NCBI GenBank assembly: GCA_023245335.1
Contig: JAHFKK010000001.1
Span: 156,152 to 220,151, forward strand
Source of the DNA: Candidatus Gottesmanbacteria bacterium
GTDB lineage: Bacteria; Patescibacteriota; Microgenomatia; UBA10105; UBA927
Length of the DNA stretch: 64,000 nucleotides
Direction of reading: 5' to 3'
Positions 18,553 through 28,302 of this stretch are shown in pieces. How positions within the stretch are numbered: position 1 is the first letter of the stretch; each line of letters starts with the position of its first letter. Made by a program: the position numbers and the translations under genes. The notes under the pieces are model-generated. The model was not told the origin of the DNA and made no database searches. It saw nothing but the letters and a program-made list of their open reading frames with translations.

Positions 18553-18849
18553 GTGAACTCCCTGGAAAATAAAATTCATAAAGACATCGTGCATGCCAGA
18601 CGTAAAGCCGCCCAATACGAACGGCGACTATGGAACAACAATGACGCCGAGCATTTGGCGTTAACCGGGTCTACAACACAAATGAGCGACGAAGCAATTC
18701 GCGCTTCCTCTCAACGGTTTCTAGTGACAAATATCGCCGAGGTCCATGCTAAATGGAGATCTGACCTATCTACACTGTCTCTCCTAAATAGGGACTTGTT
18801 ATGGCGTAGAGCGTATAAACCGAAACCGCTAATAGACTGGCTTCTTTGA
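18553..18849 (+). CDS. Hypothetical protein
   Basis: 98 aa ORF immediately after the xer-like gene. No recognisable motif. Confidence 0.3.
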   Translation: MNSLENKIHKDIVHARRKAAQYERRLWNNNDAEHLALTGSTTQMSDEAIRASSQRFLVTNIAEVHAKWRSDLSTLSLLNRDLLWRRAYKPKPLIDWLL

Positions 18850-18889
18850 CAGATAACGGCTTCATAATCTATAATTTAGCTAAGGAAAC

Positions 18890-19044
18890 GAAAAGCGACT
18901 GAATCCCGCCAGTCACGGGATAAGCTGCAAACTGAACAGAGAGTAAGTTTGCCGGGTAAGCCCGTCACCGCTCAAGCGAGAAGTAAATAAGGTGGTACCG
19001 CGAATGTCCGTTCGCCCTTATAATAGGGATGAACGGATTTTTTT
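18890..19044 (+). promoter_or_regulatory. T-box riboswitch leader, Val specifier (GUA), controlling valS
   Basis: A specifier-loop-like CAGAGA-GUA-A lies at 18937-18946. The T-box consensus AAUAAGGUGGUACCGCG is at 18986-19002. A terminator hairpin UCCGUUC...GAACGGA plus U7 at 19007-19044 directly abuts the valS ATG. Confidence 0.55.
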
Positions 19045-21342
19045 ATGGATAAAAACTTTGATTCGAAGACGGCTGAAGAGGGCATATATCGGACGTGGGA
19101 ATCCGGAGGATACTTCACTCCGGCCATTGACCCGAAGAAAAAGCCGTTCACCATACTCCTACCTCTCCCTAACGCAAATGACCCCATGCATATGGGTCAC
19201 GCCATGTTTACTGTGCAGGACATCCTCATCCGTTATCACCGCATGAAGGGTGACCCGACATTATGGCTACCCGGAGGCGATCATGCAGGCATAGAGACGC
19301 AATATGTATTTGAAAAACGACTCGCGAAAGAAGGAAAAAGCAGATTCCAGTTCGACCGCGAGACGCTCTATACGATGATCGAGGCATTCGTCGAGCAAAA
19401 CAAAACCACCAACCGCGATCAAATGAAGCGCCTGGGCTTCTCAATGGACTGGTCACGATACCGCTACTCTTTGGATCCGGATATTGTAGCAACGGTACTG
19501 GATACATTCCGAAAAATGCATGAAGACGGTCTTGCCTATCGGGACTCCAGACTCGTCAACTACTGTACGAAGGACGGCACAGGATTCTCCGACCTAGAAG
19601 TTCTCTATGTCGAACGTACCGATCCTCTGTATTACATGAAATACGGACCGTTTACCGTAGCGACCGTCCGCCCAGAAACGAAATTCCGCGATACCGCTCT
19701 CGCCGTCAATCCGAAAGATAAACGCTACAAAGATGCGATAGGAAAGACATATGAAATCGTGGGGCTTTTGGGGCCGGTCAAAATGACGGTCATCCCCGAC
19801 CCTGACGTCGATCCCTCTTTTGGCACCGGAATTATGAAAGTCACTCCGGCGCATGACCCGCATGATTTTGAACTCGGGAAAAAATTTAATCTACCGGTCA
19901 CGCCGATTATCGATCAACGCGGACGCATGGACTTCGCGTGGTTTCTCACCCAACAGGATAGTAATCCTAAATATCGGGAGCGCGCAGAAAAATATCATGG
20001 CAAAAAGGTGGCTGAAGCGCGAGCGATCATGGTTGAAGACCTTAAGGCAGACGGATTACTCATCAAAATCGATGAAAACTATGTACATCGGATAGGCACA
20101 TGTTATCGTTGCGGATCAGTTCTGGAACCGCTCCCGATCCCCCAGTGGTATGTCAAAACAAAACCGCTTGCTAAAAAAGCAATCCGGGCAGTCAAAGACG
20201 GAAAGACAAAAATAGTTCCGAAAAAAAGATTTGAGAAGATGTATTTTGACTGGATGAATAACATTCTCGACTGGAACATCAGCCGCCAGATTGTATGGGG
20301 ACCGCGCATACCGGTCTGGTATTGTCTCGATTGTAACCCGGATATCACTATTAGTTTTATCGACAAACAACTAGCGAAAATCTTCGGCGATTACAAAAGC
20401 ATTATTTCCAAATATCAATTTTCCGATCTGAAGAAGGGATTACAATCGCTAAGTGCCCCGCTCCATGCGACATATTCACTCTCACCTGAGCCATGCCAAA
20501 AATGCCATAGCACACATGTTCTTCAGGAAACCGACACCTTCGACACCTGGTTCCTTTCCAGCCAGTGGCCTATGACCACGTTGGGGTTTCCTGACAGCGC
20601 GGACTTCAAATATTTTTATCCAACCTCTGTTTTGGACACCATGTGGGATATATTATTTTTCTGGGTGGCTCGCATGATGATGATGGGTCTCTATCGTACC
20701 GGAAATATTCCGTTTGAGGTTATCCATCTTCACAGCCGCGTCGTAGATCAGCATGGTAAAAAAATGAGTAAAAGCAAAGGCAACGTCATGAATCCTATCG
20801 ACATGGTCGACAAATACGGAGCGGACGCACTTCGTATGGCGCTCATATATGGGGCGGCGCCCGGAAGCGACATCGCCATCTCCGAGGACAAAATTCGGGG
20901 CATGAGGAACTTTGCCAACAAACTCTGGAACATGGGCCGGTTTATCCATATGAACATCGACGCCACAGGAAAAGAAATCCCGTTTTACGACAATGAATTT
21001 CATAAAACGCTCACAGACGCCAATGACAAACGGATCATTTCCGAACTCAACATGCTGACTGCGGGCGTTACCAAGGATATCGAGCGATACCGGTTTTCCG
21101 ATGCCGCTCAGGCGATCTATGAGTTTGCCTGGCATCGGGTGGCCGACGTCCATTTGGAAAAAAATAAGGACCGTTTCAAATCGGGCGATATCCAAGCAAT
21201 TACGGTGTTACGGCATGTGTATATCACACTTCTCAAATTGCTTCATCCGTTCATGCCGTTTGTCACCGAATCCGTATGGGCGACATTCCCGCGCAAACGC
21301 ACGGAACCTCTCATCGTCTCTTCCTGGCCAACTGCAGGATAG
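19045..21342 (+). CDS. valS: Valyl-tRNA synthetase (short form, no C-terminal coiled-coil)
   Basis: Class I HIGH (PMHMGHA) and KMSKS (KMSKSKGN). A ValRS-type N-terminus (YRTWESGGYFTP), an editing domain and a T-box(Val) leader upstream. Confidence 0.85.
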   Translation: MDKNFDSKTAEEGIYRTWESGGYFTPAIDPKKKPFTILLPLPNANDPMHMGHAMFTVQDILIRYHRMKGDPTLWLPGGDHAGIETQYVFEKRLAKEGKSRFQFDRETLYTMIEAFVEQNKTTNRDQMKRLGFSMDWSRYRYSLDPDIVATVLDTFRKMHEDGLAYRDSRLVNYCTKDGTGFSDLEVLYVERTDPLYYMKYGPFTVATVRPETKFRDTALAVNPKDKRYKDAIGKTYEIVGLLGPVKMTVIPDPDVDPSFGTGIMKVTPAHDPHDFELGKKFNLPVTPIIDQRGRMDFAWFLTQQDSNPKYRERAEKYHGKKVAEARAIMVEDLKADGLLIKIDENYVHRIGTCYRCGSVLEPLPIPQWYVKTKPLAKKAIRAVKDGKTKIVPKKRFEKMYFDWMNNILDWNISRQIVWGPRIPVWYCLDCNPDITISFIDKQLAKIFGDYKSIISKYQFSDLKKGLQSLSAPLHATYSLSPEPCQKCHSTHVLQETDTFDTWFLSSQWPMTTLGFPDSADFKYFYPTSVLDTMWDILFFWVARMMMMGLYRTGNIPFEVIHLHSRVVDQHGKKMSKSKGNVMNPIDMVDKYGADALRMALIYGAAPGSDIAISEDKIRGMRNFANKLWNMGRFIHMNIDATGKEIPFYDNEFHKTLTDANDKRIISELNMLTAGVTKDIERYRFSDAAQAIYEFAWHRVADVHLEKNKDRFKSGDIQAITVLRHVYITLLKLLHPFMPFVTESVWATFPRKRTEPLIVSSWPTAG

Positions 21343-21344
21343 CA

Positions 21345-22358
21345 TTAGTTTCCTGACGTTGTGGCAACCGGGGTCTCTGTGGGGAGCGACACCGTCATGG
21401 TGGGTGTCGGGAAGTTTGTGATGAATGTACTCACGATTCCGTCGAACAGCACATCGTCTTTCGCAAAATCTGCTGCAGTCCCGGCTGGGGCGAAATGATT
21501 AAATTCTATGGAGACCGTATCGCTTACAGAAACAAGAACCCCGCGCATCGCAGTAAATGTATAACCGCCGCCTGTCCGTCCGGTAAAATTTCCTACATAT
21601 TCATATACGGACACACCGCCTACTGTGGTTTGTTTCATGGTAAATTCTTTGCCCGCCGCATCCGTGAGTATTGCGCCACGGAAATCCGGCAGCAGTTGAC
21701 CTTTTCCGCGAGCGGCGACCGTAAATCTCGTTCCGTTGGGTAAGTTAGTTCCTTGTGATGGACAGTTTCCGCTATCGCAGACCGGCGCAGGAACGGTACT
21801 GGGAAGTTTAAACGAAACTCCGGGAATCGTCGCCCCTTTTGCACCACTCGTCACGTGATACGTCACCCAAGAACTATCCACAATTGCTGATGATGTCGCC
21901 TGAGAGAGGGCCGTCGTGGATTCTGTCGAAAGAGGCGCTGATGTCGGAATCGCGACCTCGCCTGATATTGCGGGAGAAAAGAACGAACGCAATTGTATAC
22001 TGAGCCAAATTCCTAAACCAAAAAGTATGACCACAAAAATAATTGTCCCGACATGATTCTTGCGAGGAGATTGGGTGTGGGGAGGTAATGTCGCAGATGG
22101 GGGTTCATCCTTTTTGCCTTCCTGATTGGTAGGAGATTCAAATATTTGCGCCGCCTCGGGAATCACCGATGCCGCCTTCGTCTCTGTCGTTATTTTTTCT
22201 GCTTCGGCGGCACGGTCGTCTGTCACTGAGGGGGAGGCGGGGTGTTCCGTCACTTCGCCGGATGCCGGATCAATAATCGGAGTTTCTTCATAGTTCAATG
22301 CGGGCTTTGCGGAATTATTCCCGGGGTTAGTTGATTGAGTCTTAAGAGAATCGTCCAT
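21345..22358 (-). CDS. Hypothetical membrane-anchored exported protein (low-complexity N-terminus)
   Basis: 337 aa with a Pro/Thr/Ser-rich N-terminus, a single TM (IIFVVILFGLGIWLSI) and a C-terminal beta-rich domain. Confidence 0.4.
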   Translation of the reverse strand: MDDSLKTQSTNPGNNSAKPALNYEETPIIDPASGEVTEHPASPSVTDDRAAEAEKITTETKAASVIPEAAQIFESPTNQEGKKDEPPSATLPPHTQSPRKNHVGTIIFVVILFGLGIWLSIQLRSFFSPAISGEVAIPTSAPLSTESTTALSQATSSAIVDSSWVTYHVTSGAKGATIPGVSFKLPSTVPAPVCDSGNCPSQGTNLPNGTRFTVAARGKGQLLPDFRGAILTDAAGKEFTMKQTTVGGVSVYEYVGNFTGRTGGGYTFTAMRGVLVSVSDTVSIEFNHFAPAGTAADFAKDDVLFDGIVSTFITNFPTPTMTVSLPTETPVATTSGN

Positions 22359-22376
22359 ACATTCATTCTAAACAAA

Positions 22377-23576
22377 TTACTTACGGACAAACAAGATGGC
22401 ATTCGGTATGTTTCTCCCGGGACCGACTTTGTATCCGCCGCTCCAAAGCGCCGTTGAACCACCATCATCGAGATTAAGCGCATTATCCATACCCAACTCT
22501 TTCAGAACTTTTGCGCTTTCCGCGACGGACGCATTATGAACGACGCCGATATATGCAACCGTTCCTTTGTTTGCGACGAAACTTCGGCTCCCCTTGTTCC
22601 CTTCCTTCGGCTCTCCTTCTCCGTTGAATACGACATTCCCGCCCGACACGAGAAGCGGACGATTCGCGATGAGGCTGTCAGGACTTGTGTCCCTCCCCCA
22701 ATCCAACGACTGACCAACAAACCGTAATGAATTTCCCAAAAAGATTACCGCCGGCACTGTACTATAGACATTGTTTGACGAGTTGAAATATGTCTTATTT
22801 TTGTTCATGAGAAGCGTGTCAAATGAGTTGGTCTTCCCTGCGCACGTAGGATATTCGGCGGGACAAAAATAAGACCCGTTCACTCCGGCATACGCGCCGT
22901 TTCTCCCGACATAATCGGAAAGAGAAAGTGTCGGACAATTATTGTCGCAATCATGATCACTCGCCGTGTCTACGATAACCTTCGTACTACCCAGATCACC
23001 CGCAACTATATCGATAAGAAACGAAGTGCCGTCCACGGTGACACTTTGACGACTATATCCAGACGAGGGGGCCGCATTACTCTGAGTAACGTTCACGGGT
23101 ATGATAAATGCCGCCGCGAGCTTTGTTTTCACTTGCGCAATATCCGAACGAAGCTTCACGACATCTGCGGACGCAGTGGACCACTGTTCATGAGAGAGCT
23201 CGGATAAAATATCCGCAAATTGCGAATCAAGCGCTGTTGTGTTGGATGTCTCAGCGCGCAAATCAAGCAAGGCCTCATAGGCCGTCACTGCCTGCCCATA
23301 AGTCGTCTGGATATGCTGTATTTTTTCGGAAAGCTGCGCGTTCTTGATATACTGGTCTTCATTTCGTACCGCGTCCAGTTGAACGATAAGCGTATGTGTC
23401 ATAAGCTGCAACTGACTTTTTTGCACCTCCAACATGCTATCTCTCCCTTGTATTACGACGATGATACTTATAGCGACAATGCTAACCAGCATAACTCCGC
23501 CAATGGCGAGCGTGAGTTGCACATGGTGGGAAATAGCGCGTTGGAGAAAACGGAGCCAAGACAGGAGACTCTTCAT
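22377..23576 (-). CDS. Phosphodiester glycosidase family protein (DUF2233/NAGPA-like), membrane-anchored
   Basis: N-terminal TM, a coiled coil and a C-terminal domain with the LNLDDGGSTALW motif characteristic of the NAGPA/DUF2233 family. Confidence 0.5.
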   Translation of the reverse strand: MKSLLSWLRFLQRAISHHVQLTLAIGGVMLVSIVAISIIVVIQGRDSMLEVQKSQLQLMTHTLIVQLDAVRNEDQYIKNAQLSEKIQHIQTTYGQAVTAYEALLDLRAETSNTTALDSQFADILSELSHEQWSTASADVVKLRSDIAQVKTKLAAAFIIPVNVTQSNAAPSSGYSRQSVTVDGTSFLIDIVAGDLGSTKVIVDTASDHDCDNNCPTLSLSDYVGRNGAYAGVNGSYFCPAEYPTCAGKTNSFDTLLMNKNKTYFNSSNNVYSTVPAVIFLGNSLRFVGQSLDWGRDTSPDSLIANRPLLVSGGNVVFNGEGEPKEGNKGSRSFVANKGTVAYIGVVHNASVAESAKVLKELGMDNALNLDDGGSTALWSGGYKVGPGRNIPNAILFVRK

Positions 23577-23624
23577 ATATCCAGTCTATCGGGAACTAGC
23601 CGTTGATTCAATGCGGACGACCGT

Positions 23625-24188
23625 TCATCCGCGCTCGAGGTAGGTACCGGTCTCAGGATCTATCCCGATGACGTCTCCAAATTTGATAAATAACGGAACG
23701 GTAATCACGGCTCCCGTCTCAACCACAACTGTTTTTGTCGCGCCGCTTGCGGTATTACCCTTTGCACCCTCTTCCGCCTCTGTTACTTTCAGCCATACTT
23801 TTTTGGGAAATCTTATACCCACTGCTTCTTCACCATAGACGAGTACCTGATAAGCATCATTCGGTTTCAAATACTTGATGAATCCTTCCAACAACCCCTC
23901 GGAAATATTGTATTGTTCATAACTGAAGTTATCCATGAACACGTACGAATCGCTTTCTTTATAAAGATATTGCATCTCCCGAGTGTTGATGGGGAGCTCC
24001 TCGGCCGACTCACCGGATTTAAAAGTAAACTCCTGCACTTTTCCTGTTTTCAGACTTCTTAGTTTTGTGCGGACAAAGGCAGACCCCTTGCCGGGGTTGA
24101 CGAACTGCATGTCGGTTATAAGATGTGGCACATCCTTAAACTCGATGAACATGCCTTTTTTAAACTGGGCGGTCGTAATGGTTGACAT
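23625..24188 (-). CDS. efp: Elongation factor P
   Basis: MSTITTAQFKKGMFIEF...VNPGKGSAFVRTKL, with the conserved PGKG lysine loop. The start was trimmed to the internal ATG at 24188. Confidence 0.85.
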   Translation of the reverse strand: MSTITTAQFKKGMFIEFKDVPHLITDMQFVNPGKGSAFVRTKLRSLKTGKVQEFTFKSGESAEELPINTREMQYLYKESDSYVFMDNFSYEQYNISEGLLEGFIKYLKPNDAYQVLVYGEEAVGIRFPKKVWLKVTEAEEGAKGNTASGATKTVVVETGAVITVPLFIKFGDVIGIDPETGTYLERG

Positions 24189-24256
24189 AAAAAAAACCCT
24201 TATGGCATTCGGGGATTCTATTATCCCACGCACGCTCAAGAATCGCAAGCTAAATA

Positions 24257-24841
24257 CTACTGTTTCGTGCCAAGACTCGTTGGGGTGTGTCGCCGCAAAA
24301 TCAAATAGATAATCCCACAATCCAATCCGATGACATAAAGAGGATAAGCCAACTCACTCACGGTCCGTTGATTGAGAGCCGCGAGTGTGCATAGCGCCGC
24401 CAACACGTCGAGAAAATAAAATGTCCAGACCTCGGTTTCAGGAAGTCGATAGGTTTTCACTAGCATAGGAATTTGTCCGACGAAATCCGCACTTATTGAC
24501 GCCATAAATCCATACATCGGATCTGATGTCGCACGCCAAAAAAATATCCCAATTACGGAAATAACAAGGCAAACGATATCTGTTTTCGCCCATCCGCCCA
24601 TGCCTCGCGGGATACTTAAAACGAAAATTATAAGTGATCCTAACGCGAATATCACCGACAACCAGACAGCAACAGTACTCCCCTGTGCAAACAACGCTAT
24701 CATGGCGAGTGTCGTAATGACCGCGGTACAAAATCGTGTCGTCCGATGCGGCTTTGCTTCGCCCCGAAAAATTGCAACGACATAGACAACATAAGAAACA
24801 ACGGCAAATATGCTACTCAGCATAATGAGTGCGAATCTCAT
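24257..24841 (-). CDS. Hypothetical polytopic membrane protein (~6 TM)
   Basis: 194 aa, highly hydrophobic, lying between efp and epmA. Confidence 0.45.
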   Translation of the reverse strand: MRFALIMLSSIFAVVSYVVYVVAIFRGEAKPHRTTRFCTAVITTLAMIALFAQGSTVAVWLSVIFALGSLIIFVLSIPRGMGGWAKTDIVCLVISVIGIFFWRATSDPMYGFMASISADFVGQIPMLVKTYRLPETEVWTFYFLDVLAALCTLAALNQRTVSELAYPLYVIGLDCGIIYLILRRHTPTSLGTKQ

Positions 24842-24844
24842 AGA

Positions 24845-25906
24845 TTATTGAAATAATTCATCTGCTGGAAATAACAAGGTATCCTGTATCCTTGCGGCAT
24901 TTGCAAACAACATAACCAATCGATCAACTCCCACTGCTATGCCGCTGCACGCCGGGAGCCCAATCTTTAAAGCGTCAATAAAATTGTGGTCATAATCATA
25001 CATTGTTTTTCCAAGCCGCTTGATCTCTTTCAGCTCATTTTCAAATCGCTCCTTTTGTTCCTTCCAGTCAGTCAACTCACTGTAGCAATCACCAAGCTCC
25101 AGACCCTCAATGTAAAACTCAAATCGTTCTGCGAACCGGAGATCCGACGATTTCTTTTTGGCGAGGGCCCCCATAACGCCTGGAAATTCATAGAGAATCG
25201 TCGGGCGGGATTTTCCTAAATGTGGTTCTATTTCATTGAGAAAAATTTGATTATAGAGTTCTTCCCACGTTGTCTTCTTCTCTACGGAATATCCTTTCTT
25301 TCGAGCGATGTGTCGGGCGGTTGGTTCGCGCAAAAAATTATCGAAGTCTATATGTGCCCATTTAGCGAACGCTTCCACAATGGTTAATCGCTCCCAGGGG
25401 GATGCCAGGTTTACGTGGTGATCCTGATACACAAGTTCTTCCGGATGTTTCGTTTCTTCTCCGGGGGTTGTTCGTTTTAAGTAGGTGTTGATGAATACCA
25501 ATAGTTCTTCACAATCTTCCATGATGTCCCGGTAATCCGCGCCGACGCGATACCATTCAAGTATCGTAAATTCGGGGTTGTGGAGTGTGCTTTGCGTCTC
25601 CATATTGCGAAAGCTTTTCGTGAGTGCGTAACAATTTCCAAGACCTGCGACTATAAGTTTTTTGAGCGGCACTTCCGGCGATGTTGAGAGGTATGCTTTG
25701 GTCGGTTTCCTGTTGCGGTCTAAAAGCGTCGTCTCAAATATATCCAGGTAACTTTCTGCGGGTGGACGCGCGATAAGAAGCGGTGTTTCCACTTCATGAA
25801 ACTGCCGATTGAAAAAAAATGTGCGAATTGCCGTGATAACTTTTTCCCGGATGAAATACCGTTGCCACAACTGAGGATTTTTATTGAGCATCTGCCATGT
25901 TTTCAT
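24845..25906 (-). CDS. epmA: EF-P--(R)-beta-lysine ligase EpmA (GenX/PoxA; LysRS class II paralogue)
   Basis: Class II motifs FHEVETPLL, FRNMETQSTLHNPEFTILEWY and GLPACSGIAVGVDRLVML. It aligns block by block with E. coli EpmA and has no anticodon-binding domain. The start was trimmed to MKTWQ. Confidence 0.8.
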   Translation of the reverse strand: MKTWQMLNKNPQLWQRYFIREKVITAIRTFFFNRQFHEVETPLLIARPPAESYLDIFETTLLDRNRKPTKAYLSTSPEVPLKKLIVAGLGNCYALTKSFRNMETQSTLHNPEFTILEWYRVGADYRDIMEDCEELLVFINTYLKRTTPGEETKHPEELVYQDHHVNLASPWERLTIVEAFAKWAHIDFDNFLREPTARHIARKKGYSVEKKTTWEELYNQIFLNEIEPHLGKSRPTILYEFPGVMGALAKKKSSDLRFAERFEFYIEGLELGDCYSELTDWKEQKERFENELKEIKRLGKTMYDYDHNFIDALKIGLPACSGIAVGVDRLVMLFANAARIQDTLLFPADELFQ

Positions 25907-25958
25907 AAGGATGTTCGCATTACTCGTAGGATAATTATACGTCAACAGAACAAGAACA

Positions 25959-26231
25959 TTACTTTGAGCGGCGGCGTTTCGGCGGGGGGCTTTTTGGCGA
26001 AGAAGAAAATGCTTTTGCCACAAAGATAAGATATAGGATTTCAATGATACCGGCTGTGTGCACAACCATGAAAAGTATAAACCACCATTTCTCATTACGC
26101 TTCGCTGCATTCCAAAGCGCGAATCCCGTCCATACTACAGACCATAAAGCAAGAAGTATGAATCCTCCGAAAAATGGATTGCCTCCTCCCCATGCATTAT
26201 TTCCTAACCACCATGGCATACTGTTCATCAT
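25959..26231 (-). CDS. Small hypothetical membrane protein (uncertain; overlaps epmA 5' end)
   Basis: MMNSMPWWLGNNAWGGG... with two TM helices. It overlaps the modelled epmA start by ~50 nt, so one of the two starts is probably wrong. Confidence 0.25.
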   Translation of the reverse strand: MMNSMPWWLGNNAWGGGNPFFGGFILLALWSVVWTGFALWNAAKRNEKWWFILFMVVHTAGIIEILYLIFVAKAFSSSPKSPPPKRRRSK

Positions 26232-26236
26232 ACGTT

Positions 26237-26908
26237 TTAAAGAAATTTCATGACAGCAGCTTTCTGCCGCAACGCAGTAAACCATGACTGCAACTTTCCG
26301 CTCACCGCGTTACTGATGATCATTTGTTTCGCTTCTTCTTTAAGCTTGGCCGGATCTGTAGCAGTAAGAGTTGCGCTATTTGTGGCAATATATGCATTGA
26401 TATCACTATCCGATATTGTCATTCCCTTCGTCAACAATCGTTCCACAGTTAATTGAACTTTTAGTTGATGTTGGAAGTCGTTCTTGGTAAGACCCTGAAA
26501 CTTAAGGAAGTCATCAAGACTCACATCCGTACCGAGACTAGCAAGCACTTCTTGCTGCTTCGCTGCCAGATCCTGATCAGTGATGATAACCCCTGCTTTA
26601 TTTGCTTCATCGGCAATCAGCATCTCACCAATCATACCTTCTAACGTCTGTTGTCCGTAGCGCGCCCGTAAGGTGTTGTTTAATTCCCAACTAAAAACTG
26701 GCCTGCCGTTAACGACGGCGGCCACAACCCAACCCTTATTCGCTGCAAAAAGAAAAAGAAGAAGCACTGCCAACACATATATGATGGTGCGCCACATATT
26801 TCGGCGCGGGGGCACGATATCCGTAGGTCGATTTACATACTGCGGCGGCAAGGTAACCGCTGTTTTCTTTACTGAAGTTTTTGCTGCCATATGAACGGAG
26901 GATACCAT
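26237..26908 (-). CDS. SurA N-terminal-domain-like periplasmic chaperone family protein, membrane-anchored
   Basis: Single N-terminal TM, then an alpha-helical domain resembling the SurA/PpiD N-terminal chaperone domain. Start position uncertain. Confidence 0.4.
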   Translation of the reverse strand: MVSSVHMAAKTSVKKTAVTLPPQYVNRPTDIVPPRRNMWRTIIYVLAVLLLFLFAANKGWVVAAVVNGRPVFSWELNNTLRARYGQQTLEGMIGEMLIADEANKAGVIITDQDLAAKQQEVLASLGTDVSLDDFLKFQGLTKNDFQHQLKVQLTVERLLTKGMTISDSDINAYIATNSATLTATDPAKLKEEAKQMIISNAVSGKLQSWFTALRQKAAVMKFL

Positions 26909-27019
26909 AGAGGAAATAACTATTCAATAAGAAGTATGACTTGCTTCCCTCACCGTTGTGCTCGCGCTAACGCTCCTCCATATCGTTTACCATCTATACC
27001 TTGCATCGCCTACCCTACT

Positions 27020-27595
27020 ATGAGTAGACTTGCTATACTATCCAAACGAATTATGAGTAAGCACATCCATCTCCTCCCGGCACCGAAACAGCGTCGTGTT
27101 CAATTCCCGCAGTTTATCCGATTTATCCCCGCAACCTCCTCGCGGATTGGATTTGTCGTCGTGCAAAAAGTGGTATTATGGTCGCTCATTATCTGCCTAG
27201 TTCTTGTAAATGCTATTCTTATCGAACCCCGATTGAAGACGCGCCTTTTGGTGACCACCAATAACATATTGATCAAGCTTTCCGCAAAGAACCTGACGAC
27301 TCTTATGCGCCCGGAGAAAAAAACTAACGTGTTGGGCGTTTCGAGTGATCAAGACATGGTGACCAACCTCAAAAATCAACAGGGGTCACTCGAAAAAGAA
27401 TACGCATATTGGCAATCGGTTGTGATCGCGCATCCTGATTATCGGGATGGATATTATACCCTTGCCTTGCTCGCGTATGAATTACGGCGGATTCCCGAAG
27501 CGCGGGTATACGTACAAAAAGTAGCGGAGATTGATCCAAATTATCAGGGGTTAGCGAAACTGACTTCGTTATTACACCAAGAGGAAACTCGTTAA
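27020..27595 (+). CDS. Hypothetical protein (possible TPR-like C-terminus)
   Basis: The ORF-track start at 26891 overlaps the convergent gene. An internal start at 27020 was chosen; real start uncertain. Confidence 0.3.
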   Translation: MSRLAILSKRIMSKHIHLLPAPKQRRVQFPQFIRFIPATSSRIGFVVVQKVVLWSLIICLVLVNAILIEPRLKTRLLVTTNNILIKLSAKNLTTLMRPEKKTNVLGVSSDQDMVTNLKNQQGSLEKEYAYWQSVVIAHPDYRDGYYTLALLAYELRRIPEARVYVQKVAEIDPNYQGLAKLTSLLHQEETR

Positions 27596-28302
27596 GACTT
27601 CGGTTCTTCTTTAGATTTTTCAGCTGGTTTCTCTTCGACTTTTGATTCTGTTGCTGGTGCCCCCAGCTCTCCCTCTGCTGGAGCCGTTTCTGCGGCGGCT
27701 TCTGCCGCGGCCTGTGCTTCTGCTGCGGCCTGTGCTTCTGCCTCTTTACTCACCAAGGCTCCGACCTTAACAACTCCGACTGTCGCATCCGTAAGAATCG
27801 TCACGCCTGTCGGTATGGTCAACTCCGATACTTTCACCTCCTGGTCAACATCTGTCAATTTGGTAACATCGACATCGATCTTCTCCGGGAGTTCTGCGGG
27901 CAACGCTTCAACATCGACTTCTGTTAATAAGGACAAAAGCACTCCCTTGCGCTCTGTAACCGCCGGTGATTCACCGACCAATACCAACGGAACTTTTGTT
28001 TTCACCTTCTCTTTAAGATCAACCTGGTAAAACTCAACGTGCAGGACTGATTCCTGAACAGGGTCCAACTGAACCGTGTGAATAAGAACGGGGTGCACTG
28101 TTTTGTCTATAGATAACTCAATGAGACCGGTGACCCCGGCGTCCTGATATGTTTTACGAAAATCAGCAGCCGGGATGGTCACACTGAGACTCGTTAATTT
28201 TTTCCCGTAGACAGTTGCCGGAACCAGCCCGGATCGACGAAGAACTTTGACTTTCCGACCGGTGGCATCTCGTTTAACTCCTTGTAGTGTATATTTCTTC
28301 AT
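27592..28302 (-). CDS. rplY: 50S ribosomal protein L25/general stress protein Ctc
   Basis: Begins MKKYTLQGVKRDATGRKVKVLRRSGLVPATVYG. Full-length Ctc form with an Ala/Glu-rich C-terminal tail. Confidence 0.85.
   Translation of the reverse strand: MKKYTLQGVKRDATGRKVKVLRRSGLVPATVYGKKLTSLSVTIPAADFRKTYQDAGVTGLIELSIDKTVHPVLIHTVQLDPVQESVLHVEFYQVDLKEKVKTKVPLVLVGESPAVTERKGVLLSLLTEVDVEALPAELPEKIDVDVTKLTDVDQEVKVSELTIPTGVTILTDATVGVVKVGALVSKEAEAQAAAEAQAAAEAAAETAPAEGELGAPATESKVEEKPAEKSKEEPKS

Noticed and set aside
20653-21195. 180-aa minus-strand ORF inside valS (and 20103..20370)
   Set aside because: Antisense to valS. His/Phe/Cys-rich junk composition.
24189-24320. Extended efp N-terminus (MWDYLFDF...)
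   Set aside because: EF-P proteins start MSTITTAQFKKG-like. The extension overlaps the upstream membrane-protein gene.
27650-27745. Imperfect tandem DNA repeat (gctgcggcctgtgcttctgc x2-3)
   Set aside because: It lies in the 3' end of rplY, read on the minus strand, and encodes the AEAQAAAEAQAAAEAAAE low-complexity tail of L25/Ctc.
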